Positions 56,901 through 64,000 of a stretch of 64,000 nucleotides of DNA are shown here, one piece after another. The notes below the pieces were generated by a model, which worked only from the letters and a program-made list of their open reading frames with translations, did not search any database and was not told where the DNA came from. The stretch is taken from positions 9,574 through 73,573 of the forward strand of contig JAHHGU010000013.1 of assembly GCA_019359765.1 (NCBI GenBank), read 5' to 3'. Both the position numbers and the translations under genes were made by a program. The stretch's first letter is position 1. The number at the start of each line of letters is the position of its first letter. Source of the stretch: Aphanothece sp. CMT-3BRIN-NPC111. GTDB taxonomy: Bacteria; Cyanobacteriota; Cyanobacteriia; Cyanobacteriales; JAHHGU01.

Positions 56901-58341
56901 CGATGTTATTGGGTGTGCGTTTTGCTTGCTCCTCGAATAGCTGATGGATACACTGGGTGGTGGGATAATCAGCCTGGGTGTTGTTGAATTCGGTGAGGAT
57001 CTGGTGGCGATCGCGATCGCTTAATATCTCTAATTGACTAATGCCAGCTTCAGGATGGGCGATCGCACTGTTTACCAACGTCTGCAAATGCCCTGCTAAA
57101 CGCTGAATATCCTCTGCACTGAATAAATTAGCGTCATAATGAAACGCGGCAATTAAAGAATCTTCCTGGCGAGTGCAGGAAAGTTTAACTTTGAATTTGT
57201 CAATACAGGCATACTGCTTGTAAATTGAAAATGATACTTCAGCAGCCGCATACTTTTCAGGTTGTTCAACAAAATCAAAACTAAATGGAAAACTAGATAA
57301 TTCCTCAATTTGTTCCCAACTAAAATACTCCTCCCATTGGGAGATGTCTTTTACCGTTTCATCAACCTGCGTCAATAGTTCGTTGAATTGGCTATCTGCT
57401 TGCAGATTACAAGTCAGCGGTAAATATTTAGAAAATAGTCCTATTGCTGCCTCTAGTTCCTCATATTTTCGACCATGAGAAGCTGTGGCAATAACAATAT
57501 CTGCCTGTCCAATAAATTTCCAAAGTAGAATTTGCCAACAGGTTAGCAAGAATACAGACGTATCTATATCATACTGCTGCGCTAAGGTTTCTATTTTAGC
57601 AACCGTATTCGGATCAATCTTCCATTCAAAAGATTTAACCTCCAAGAAACGGTTGGGTGTTACAGCTTTAGCTTCAAAAGGTAGTTTTAAACTTATCAAA
57701 TCTGACCGATATACTTGATTCCAGTAGTATTTGCCGACTTCTGCATCTTCATCCTCAAGTAATTGATTTTGCCACTCGGAAAATTGCACATATTGCACAA
57801 CTTCCTCACTTATTTCTTCACCTTTAAGGCAAGCATCATAAGACTGACCTATTTCCTGAACCAAATTATTGAGTGTCCAATTATCCGCGCAAAGTGCCGA
57901 CAGAGTTACGAGCAAAATATGCTTTTCGGCTGATAGCTTAAATAGGCATAAACGCAACAGCGATGTTTGCTCTAATTCCCCATTTAAGCTTTTTTCTTTT
58001 TCAAGGAAAGACTCGAATTGAGTTAATTGCTGTTCAGGCCTAAAAGTACTTAGATTAATTTCACGCCACAATAGTAGGCTGCTATCTGCTATCACCTGAA
58101 CAGGAGTTTTTACCCCCAGCGGGCGGCGAAAGTTTGTGCGGAGAATCTCATGGCGATCGCTAACTTGCTGTAAAGCAACTTTGAGAACCTCTTTTTTGAT
58201 ATTTCCTTCGATGAGAATAGCGCCTTGAACCTGGTAGGGGCATGGCGCTGCCGCGCCCCTACTTTCTTGGTGTAATAGCCAAAGACGTTTTTGTTGAGGA
58301 GAAAGGCGAAATCCCTGAATCACTTTATCTTGTAATTGCAT
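53950..58341 (-). CDS. NRPS: C-like (no HHxxxDG) - A - T - R (terminal thioester reductase)
   Basis: 1463 aa. The C-like domain begins FRLSPQQKRLW but carries LSALCADNW at the active-site position. A-domain motifs are LAYTIYTSGSTGKPKG, NHYGPTE, GELYIGG and PNGKVDR. The T domain has FFDLGGHSL. The R domain has LLTGATGFLGSFLL and YIQSK. It overlaps the upstream gene by 17 nt. Confidence 0.9.
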   Translation of the reverse strand: MQLQDKVIQGFRLSPQQKRLWLLHQESRGAAAPCPYQVQGAILIEGNIKKEVLKVALQQVSDRHEILRTNFRRPLGVKTPVQVIADSSLLLWREINLSTFRPEQQLTQFESFLEKEKSLNGELEQTSLLRLCLFKLSAEKHILLVTLSALCADNWTLNNLVQEIGQSYDACLKGEEISEEVVQYVQFSEWQNQLLEDEDAEVGKYYWNQVYRSDLISLKLPFEAKAVTPNRFLEVKSFEWKIDPNTVAKIETLAQQYDIDTSVFLLTCWQILLWKFIGQADIVIATASHGRKYEELEAAIGLFSKYLPLTCNLQADSQFNELLTQVDETVKDISQWEEYFSWEQIEELSSFPFSFDFVEQPEKYAAAEVSFSIYKQYACIDKFKVKLSCTRQEDSLIAAFHYDANLFSAEDIQRLAGHLQTLVNSAIAHPEAGISQLEILSDRDRHQILTEFNNTQADYPTTQCIHQLFEEQAKRTPNNIAVVFEDRQLTYAELNARANQLAHHLQKLGVKPEVLVGICLERSLDILVGILGILKAGGAYLPIDPALPAQSIAFRLQDAQAPILLTHNQLVKELPEQATQIVYLDTDWDVIAQQNTENPSSNVIPKNLAYTIYTSGSTGKPKGVAVEHQQLLNYLDGILERLDLPLGASFAIVSTFAADLGNTAIFSSLSTGGCLHIVSSERAADPEALADYCRRHPIDCLKIVPSHLKALLASSYASDILPQQRLILGGETASWDLIEQIQKHSPQCLIFNHYGPTEATVGVLTYQVQNRVGETVPLGRPIPNTQIYLLDKHLQPVPIGVPGELYIGGASLARGYLNRPELTQEKFIPNPFCDQPRSRLYKTGDTARYLPDGNIEFIGRIDHQVKIRGYRIELGEIEALLSQHQLIREAVVVVREDEPGNARLVAYIVPRQTPNINEIRNFLKEKLPEYMMPSAFIVLKTLPLTPNGKVDRQALPTPDHTRPELAETFVAPRTPVEEALTEIWMKVLGLEKIGIHDNFFDLGGHSLLVTQLLAKVREAFQVELPLRSLFEAPTIAALAESIENAHQTKSSEKIASDTAVDLNAEAVLDPTICPKSLFYRHTTEPTAILLTGATGFLGSFLLYELLQQSQADIYCLVRASNAELGKQKIQSSLELYSIWNESFQSRIIPVIGELSKPLLGLSEQQFREMASIIDAIYHNGAFVNFTFPYSVLKAANVLGTQEILRLASQLKIKPVHFISSTSVAVPAGNNDITLIREQYCADAHEVLEGGYIQSKWVAEKLVNIAGDRGLPVSIYRPGRVAGHSKTGACNPDDHTFRTIKGCIQLGSAPKRNAMVNIMPVDYVSQAIVHLSKQQESLGKTFHLVNPNPAQWNEFVSWICTFGYPLQQISENEWQTELLKVAERSPSNALYPLLPVVSQKVSEEPTSNSAELKFDCQNTLNGLAGTSIVCPPVNVELLRTYFSYLIDNSFLHTPTSEIELKYPS

Positions 58342-61300
58342 TGTTTGCCTCCAGAGATTTATGTTTAATGTCTTCGTTACTGATTATTTCTCCCATTGCC
58401 ACCACAATTTTGCGAGGGCCTACATAGGGATTGCGTCCGTGTGCAGTTAGCATATTGTCCAGCATGAGAATGTCCCCTTTCTGCCAAGGGAAACTAATTG
58501 TCGCCTCTCGATAAACAGCAGATATTTCCTCTACTATCGAGTCTTCAATGGGCGTGCCATCGCCGTAATAAACATGGCGTGGTAAATTTTCTTCCCCAAA
58601 TAATGACAACAATGATTCGCGCACATCTGAATCTAAACAGGATATATGATGTAACTGAATTTGATTGAAAAACACCATTTCGCCTGTTTGAGGATGTTTA
58701 GTCACTGCTGGACGAATCTCGCGGGTTCTTAAACTGTTGTTATCTTTCCACTCAAAAGCAATTGAATTCTGGCGACAGTAATCTTCTACAACTGTTTTGT
58801 CGCTTGTATGAAAGAATTCTGTCCAGTTAACATCTAGCCCTTCTGTGTAGTTCCGCACATACATTAATTGCTTTTGTGCGAATCTTTCTCTCAGCTTGGG
58901 GTCAAGCAGTTGATAAACTTTCCGACAGTCAACAATGGGAGTTTCTCCTCTTTGTTGTGCTGGTTGCACGCAGAAAAACCAAATTTTCATTGGCCATCGG
59001 TGCATATGCGAGCTTTCATTGTGAAATAATATGGCTTTGTCGGGTGGATAAGGGGTAGAACCGTAGACTTTACCACCAACTCCTTCGCGAGGTAAGTCAC
59101 CATATTCACCAAATAGTTCTGGACAGATAGCTTGGGCAAAATTCTCAAACTCAGACACGGAATTTGTATTAAAGCCCCGGAATAGGATTGCACCGTGCTT
59201 TAACAACTGTGTTTCTACAAATTCCCGATTATTCTTTGCCCAGTCTGCTATATCAATATCCTCTATAGCAGGCTCGACAACCAAAGGTAGTGTTTGTCCT
59301 GGCTCTAAATAGTCTGTTTTGATTAATTTCTTTTCTGGCAAGCTTACAGCTTTGGGCTTGACCATTTTGAACTTACTGAAGTTAACCTCTTTGCGTTTTT
59401 TCTGTTCTAGGAATTGTTTCTGCTTTTCAGCTGCGGTAAGCATTTCCAGAGCGTTTAGGCGTGAGTCAGGCTGTTTCACAATGCTACTTAGTAGTGTTTC
59501 AAAATTGTTGGACATTCGCGCGATCGCACTTTCACTAAATAAATCGGTGCTGTATTTCCAGTTGACAATTATTCCCTGTTCTGTTTCCGTCACGAAGAGA
59601 GCCAAATCAAACTTGGACATTTCATCTTTGACTTCTAAGGGGTGCAAAGTGAGATGGGAAAGTTTGATAGATACTGAGGGAGTATTTTGAAAAACGAACA
59701 ATACCTGAAATAGCGGCGTGTGATTTAAATTCCGTTCTGGTCGCAGTTCCTCTACCAGCTTTTCAAAAGGCAAGTCTTGGTGAGTATAAGCTTTTAAGGT
59801 GAGTTCTCGGACTCGCTGTAGCAACTCCCGAAAACTGGGATTCCCACGCATATCTGTGCGTAAGACGAGGAGGTTCACAAAGAAACCAATTAAAGCCTCT
59901 GTTTCGCTGCGAGTACGGTTAGCAATATCCGTGCCAACAACGATGTCATCCTGATTTGTATAGCGGTGTAGCAGCGTTTGAAATGCTGCCAGCAGGGTCA
60001 TATATAAGGTGACATTTTCCTGGTTGCTGAGTTCTTGGAGTCGCTTTGATAAGTTTAAAGACAGTTCGCAGGTTTGGCTAGCACCTTGGAAGGTTTGGAT
60101 ATGCGATCGCGGTTTATCGGTGGGTAACTCCAGGGCCGGGGGATTTCCTCCCAGTAGTTGTTTCCAGTAGGTTAGTTTGGCTTCTAGCACTTCTCCCTGT
60201 AACCATTGGCGTTGCCAAACTGCAAAGTCTGCGTACTGGATAGAGAGTTCTGGGAGTGGAGAAGGTTTCCCGGCAGATAAGGCTTCGTACAATGTTGCTA
60301 ATTCCTGAATCAGCACTCCCATAGACCAGCCATCAGAAACGATGTGGTGCATTGTTAAAAGCAGTACATGATCGGTTGAATTTAGCCGTAATAAAGTTAC
60401 CCGTAATAATGGGGGGTAAGCTAAATCAAAAGGTTTTAAAGCTTCTGCTTTTGCTAACCGTTGCACCTCTGTTTCTTGTTCAGAATCAAGTTCTATAACT
60501 GGTAATTGGAGATTACAGGTTGGGGAAATAACTTGAATGGGTCGTCCTTCAACTGTGGCAAAGCTAGTCCGTAAGATTTCGTGACGGCGCACAACTTCAT
60601 TGAAGCTTTGTTCTAAGGCGGCGACGTTGAGGGAACCTGTAAGGCGAACGGCAGCGGGAACGTTGTAGAGGGGGCTTTCTGGTGCTAGCTGGCTGAGAAA
60701 CCACAGGCGCTGTTGGGCAAAGGAAAGGGGTAATTCTTGATTCCGGGAAACACGCTGGATGGGCGGTGCTTCTGTAAATCCCCCCTTAAAAAGGGGGGTA
60801 GGAGAGGCGATGGTGCTTCGCACCGTCCTTCGGACGAACGCACTTTTAACACTTTCAGCTAGTCCGCCTACAGTCGGCGACTCAAACAGACAGCGCAGCG
60901 GTAGTTCAATATCAAAGGTGTCCCGCACTCGCGACATTACCTGAGTTGCTATTAGAGAATGTCCCCCTACATCAAAAAAGTTATCGTTGACACCGACTTG
61001 TTCAATACCCAGAACTTCAGAAAAAATGCTAGCTAGTTGTTCCTCAATTAAATTGCGTGCTGCTAGATAGTTGTCTTCTAGATCGAGTCGAACTAAATCA
61101 GGAGAAGGAAGTGCTTTTCGATCTACCTTGCCGTTAGGTGTCAGGGGTAGGGCATCCAAGACCACAAAGGCTGATGGCACCATATAATCTGGCAGCTTTT
61201 CTTGCAGGTAGTCGCGTAGCTGGGGGGCTAAATCGCGGGCAACTTTCCCCTGCAAGGGATTATTGGCATAAGCATTCCAGGGTTTGATAACGTTTCTTGA

Positions 61301-64000
61301 CGGGAAGATAGGAGATCCCCCCAACCGCCCTTGAAAAGGGGGGCTAAGAGTTGTGCGCCGTCGAAATACTACGTCATAAATACCATCTGCGCTGGAGCCT
61401 AACCAACTGATATCGATGGAATAGGGGAATTTGTCGCCTAATGCCCAGAAGTCTTCTGGCTCGATTCCAGCTTCTTGAGTGATTTCTGCTAGGGTTGAGC
61501 GTAGTTCGCCTACTGTTTCTGGTGCTTCATCATTGGCAAGTAGTTCTAATGCCTTGACTTCTGTTGCTAAACGTGGATTAGGGATATGTCGTAGTCCGAG
61601 GATTTCTGGCTGGGTTGATTCTAGTAATTCGCTTACAGAGGCGAGTGTTAATTTCTGCTGCTGCCAGTCCAACAAGTTGAGATCCCCCCAACCCCCCTTA
61701 AAAAGGGGGGCTATGCGTGAGTCTTGATTTGATGTTTCTACTTCTGTTCCTACATGGAGGATTGCATCGTAGCGGAACTTGCTGAGTTCATTGTTGTAGT
61801 GTCCCCGCTTAGGCTGAATCTGGACGTGAGTAATCTGCGGTAAGTGTTGCTGAAGGGCAGTGAAGAAAGCGGGGTCGATTACCAGTTCCTCTTCTTGGGC
61901 GATGCGTTTTTGTATGCGCTGTCGCAGTTCGGTTGTGGGTAGAGTGTCGGGGGCTTGATACAACTGCACTGATGTATGGAAGGCTTCTAGTAGGGGGAGG
62001 CTACGCACATCTCCCAGGAAGATAAACCCTCCAGGTGCTACGGCACAGGCAGCACCTTCTAAGACGCGCAACAGATAGTCGATGTTAGGAAAATATTGAA
62101 CAACGGAGTTGATAATTACTGCATCGAAGGCTGCTGTCTCGACTCCCTCAAAGTTGTCTGCCATTCTGTGAAACAGGCTAACTTGGGGCAAAGCCCGTTC
62201 TGGCATTTTTAACTGCTGTTGAATGTAGTTTAAAGCTGGTTGTGAGAAGTCACAGCCAACATATTGGGTGCAGTGGGGAGCAATTCTAAACAGCAGCAAA
62301 CCACTACCACAACCAATTTCTAAGACACGTTTTGGTTTTAAGGACAAAACTCGCTCAACGGTAGATTCTACCCACTGGCGCATCTCTTCTGCTGGAAGGG
62401 GCTGGTCTGTATAGCTGCTATTCCAGCCAGTGATATTCAGTGTTGGGTCTTGAGTTGGAGTAGTTTGGCTGTAGGTTTCATCATAGAGCGATCGCCACTG
62501 GGATATTTGCTCTGCTGGCAACTCTTTCTGGTTCTCCTCCAAGTCGTTAGATGAGGAGTTGGCAACGATGTAAGCGATTAGTCGTTTATCTCCAGGTGTA
62601 TCTTCTCTAACTAAAGCGATCGCATCTTGCAAAGCCGAATGTTGTTTTAGGGTGGCTTCAATTTCTTCTAACTCAATGCGGAAGCCGCGCAGTTTTACCT
62701 GTTGGTCGATGCGTCCCAGAAACTCAATGTTGCCATCTGGTAAGTAACGAGCTAAGTCACCTGTTTTATACAGGCGCGATTTTGTTTCTTGGCTAAATGG
62801 ATTGGTAATAAATCGATCGGCGGTAAGATCGGGACGGTTAAGGTATCCCCTCGCCAAACTGATACCCCCGATGTACATTTCCCCAGGAACACCGATGGGA
62901 ACTGGCTGCAACTGGGTATCCAGAATATAAATTTGTGTATTAGCGATTGGACGTCCAATGGGCAGTTTGCGATCGCCCTCAGTACATTCAGCGACAGTGG
63001 CACAAACGGTTGTTTCTGTGGGGCCATAAGCGTTGAAGAACCGCCGTCCAGGTGCCCATTGTGCTACAAGGTCAGGAGAACAAGCTTCTCCGGCGACAAT
63101 AATTGTCCGCAATGCAGGCAGATCCTCAGAAGGCAGAACCGCCAGCACTGAGGGCGGCAGGGTAACAATCGTAATCGCTTCCTCGCGCAATAGCTGCATT
63201 AAAGCCGAACTATCCAGTAAGGTGTCTCTGCTTGCCAGTACGAGGGTTGCCCCCAATCCTAGAGCCATGACAACTTCCCAAACAGAGGCATCGAAGTTTA
63301 ATGAAGCAAACTGGAGAATGCGGCTATCTGGCTGCACGTCGAAGAGTTGCTGCTGCGCTTGGCTTAGGTTGTATAAGCCTCGGTGCGCCACTAATACACC
63401 TTTAGGTCTGCCTGTAGATCCTGATGTATAGATAACGTATGCCAGGTTAGAAGAGTTTTGAGTTTTGAGTTTTGAGTTTTGAGTTTTGAGTTTTAAGGTT
63501 TGTATAACTTTCCAATCGGTATCTAGACATACAACTTTGGCGTTGTGTGAGGGAAGTGTATTTAAAAATTGTTGCTGGGTTAGCAATACCTGCACTTGAG
63601 CGTCTTCTAGCATGAAAGCTAGGCGCTTCTTTGGATATGCAGGGTCTAAGGGGACGTAAGCACCACCTGCTTTGAGAACGCCAAGTAGGGCTACTACCAT
63701 GTCTAGCGATCGCTCAAGGCAAATACCGACCAGTACCTCTGGTTTTACGCCTAGCTTTTGCAGGTAATGCGCTAGTTGATTGGCTCGTTGATTGAGTTCT
63801 CGGTAAGTTAACTGCTGGTTTTGAAAGACGAGTGCAACAGCATCCGGTGTCTGTTCTGCCTGGGCTTCAAACAGTTGATGAAAACAAACATCCTTGAATA
63901 ATTCTGCCTGCTGAGTATTATTCCACTCCAACAGTAGCTGATGCTGTTCAGGCTGAGTCAGCAATGGCAAATCTAAGAGGCTGCGATCGGGATTGGCAAC
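58325..64000 (-). CDS. NRPS (5' end beyond window): ...C(end)-A(with embedded methyltransferase)-T-C-TauD/TfdA-like dioxygenase
   Basis: The reading frame stays open through to nt 64000 (VANPDRSLLDLPLLTQPEQ is a C-A linker). A-domain motifs: LAYVIYTSGSTGRPKG, NAYGPTE. The MT motif VLEIGCGSGLLL lies between A8 and A9. The T domain has FFDVGGHSL, and the C domain has MHHIVSDGWS. The C-terminal ~320 aa carry FHNESSH...LTAHGR (a 2-His-1-carboxylate pattern). Confidence 0.9.
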   Translation of the reverse strand, partial: VANPDRSLLDLPLLTQPEQHQLLLEWNNTQQAELFKDVCFHQLFEAQAEQTPDAVALVFQNQQLTYRELNQRANQLAHYLQKLGVKPEVLVGICLERSLDMVVALLGVLKAGGAYVPLDPAYPKKRLAFMLEDAQVQVLLTQQQFLNTLPSHNAKVVCLDTDWKVIQTLKLKTQNSKLKTQNSSNLAYVIYTSGSTGRPKGVLVAHRGLYNLSQAQQQLFDVQPDSRILQFASLNFDASVWEVVMALGLGATLVLASRDTLLDSSALMQLLREEAITIVTLPPSVLAVLPSEDLPALRTIIVAGEACSPDLVAQWAPGRRFFNAYGPTETTVCATVAECTEGDRKLPIGRPIANTQIYILDTQLQPVPIGVPGEMYIGGISLARGYLNRPDLTADRFITNPFSQETKSRLYKTGDLARYLPDGNIEFLGRIDQQVKLRGFRIELEEIEATLKQHSALQDAIALVREDTPGDKRLIAYIVANSSSNDLEENQKELPAEQISQWRSLYDETYSQTTPTQDPTLNITGWNSSYTDQPLPAEEMRQWVESTVERVLSLKPKRVLEIGCGSGLLLFRIAPHCTQYVGCDFSQPALNYIQQQLKMPERALPQVSLFHRMADNFEGVETAAFDAVIINSVVQYFPNIDYLLRVLEGAACAVAPGGFIFLGDVRSLPLLEAFHTSVQLYQAPDTLPTTELRQRIQKRIAQEEELVIDPAFFTALQQHLPQITHVQIQPKRGHYNNELSKFRYDAILHVGTEVETSNQDSRIAPLFKGGWGDLNLLDWQQQKLTLASVSELLESTQPEILGLRHIPNPRLATEVKALELLANDEAPETVGELRSTLAEITQEAGIEPEDFWALGDKFPYSIDISWLGSSADGIYDVVFRRRTTLSPPFQGRLGGSPIFPSRNVIKPWNAYANNPLQGKVARDLAPQLRDYLQEKLPDYMVPSAFVVLDALPLTPNGKVDRKALPSPDLVRLDLEDNYLAARNLIEEQLASIFSEVLGIEQVGVNDNFFDVGGHSLIATQVMSRVRDTFDIELPLRCLFESPTVGGLAESVKSAFVRRTVRSTIASPTPLFKGGFTEAPPIQRVSRNQELPLSFAQQRLWFLSQLAPESPLYNVPAAVRLTGSLNVAALEQSFNEVVRRHEILRTSFATVEGRPIQVISPTCNLQLPVIELDSEQETEVQRLAKAEALKPFDLAYPPLLRVTLLRLNSTDHVLLLTMHHIVSDGWSMGVLIQELATLYEALSAGKPSPLPELSIQYADFAVWQRQWLQGEVLEAKLTYWKQLLGGNPPALELPTDKPRSHIQTFQGASQTCELSLNLSKRLQELSNQENVTLYMTLLAAFQTLLHRYTNQDDIVVGTDIANRTRSETEALIGFFVNLLVLRTDMRGNPSFRELLQRVRELTLKAYTHQDLPFEKLVEELRPERNLNHTPLFQVLFVFQNTPSVSIKLSHLTLHPLEVKDEMSKFDLALFVTETEQGIIVNWKYSTDLFSESAIARMSNNFETLLSSIVKQPDSRLNALEMLTAAEKQKQFLEQKKRKEVNFSKFKMVKPKAVSLPEKKLIKTDYLEPGQTLPLVVEPAIEDIDIADWAKNNREFVETQLLKHGAILFRGFNTNSVSEFENFAQAICPELFGEYGDLPREGVGGKVYGSTPYPPDKAILFHNESSHMHRWPMKIWFFCVQPAQQRGETPIVDCRKVYQLLDPKLRERFAQKQLMYVRNYTEGLDVNWTEFFHTSDKTVVEDYCRQNSIAFEWKDNNSLRTREIRPAVTKHPQTGEMVFFNQIQLHHISCLDSDVRESLLSLFGEENLPRHVYYGDGTPIEDSIVEEISAVYREATISFPWQKGDILMLDNMLTAHGRNPYVGPRKIVVAMGEIISNEDIKHKSLEANNAITR
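60780..60798. repeat. In-frame palindromic mini-repeat CCCCCCTTAAAAAGGGGGG (copy a)
   Basis: Encodes PLFKGGF in the T-C linker. Short GC hairpins flank it, up to about nt 60845. Confidence 0.8.
61314..61345. repeat. In-frame mini-repeat GATCCCCCCAACCGCCCTTGAAAAGGGGGGCT (copy b)
   Basis: Encodes SPPFQGRLGGS. Confidence 0.8.
61681..61715. repeat. In-frame mini-repeat GATCCCCCCAACCCCCCTTAAAAAGGGGGGCT (copy c)
   Basis: Encodes APLFKGGWGDL. It is nearly identical to copy b. Confidence 0.8.
63453..63494. repeat. 6 x GAGTTTT heptamer tract inside the NRPS A domain
   Basis: 42 bp, equal to 14 codons, translated as KLKTQNSKLKTQNS just upstream of the A3 core motif. Confidence 0.9.

Overview
Chromosomal segment of a filamentous, probably heterocyst-forming cyanobacterium. 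Supporting signs are the many GCGATCGC (HIP1) palindromes, heptameric STRR-type tandem repeats, and an FtsZ with a long N-terminal extension. Most of the window is housekeeping: purA, rplY, ftsQ-ftsZ, thiD, gatA, acpH, an uninterrupted dnaE, csaB, ldhA, surE, pgsA, the Ycf49-like pair and a Psb32-like TPM protein. Two accessory loci sit at the window edges, both on the minus strand. (1) nt 1-14220 holds six genes for leader-bearing DUF11/Ig-like repeat proteins, a parallel beta-helix protein and a 1285-aa predicted outer-membrane beta-barrel. They are organised like a fimbrial operon, and I cannot assign them to a known secretion or assembly family; this is my best candidate for an undescribed system. 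(2) nt 52168 to beyond 64000 is an NRPS cluster with the layout ...C-A(MT)-T-C-TauD | HH-less C-like-A-T-R | class-III aminotransferase. Hand-derived specificity codes suggest N-methyl-Phe followed by Asp. The layout matches beta-hydroxy-Asp siderophore logic, with reductive release and possible transamination. Smaller items: a solo tnpB (IS200/IS605 family) with a predicted omega-RNA placed directly upstream of the Psb32-like gene; a possible omega-RNA/right-end-like relic; an orphan YefM antitoxin with an 8-codon toxin stub; a DUF4058 nuclease-like gene; tandem paralogous membrane genes; and several small repeat families, some inserted in frame inside the NRPS gene. All calls come from reading the sequence and ORF translations by eye; no searches were run.
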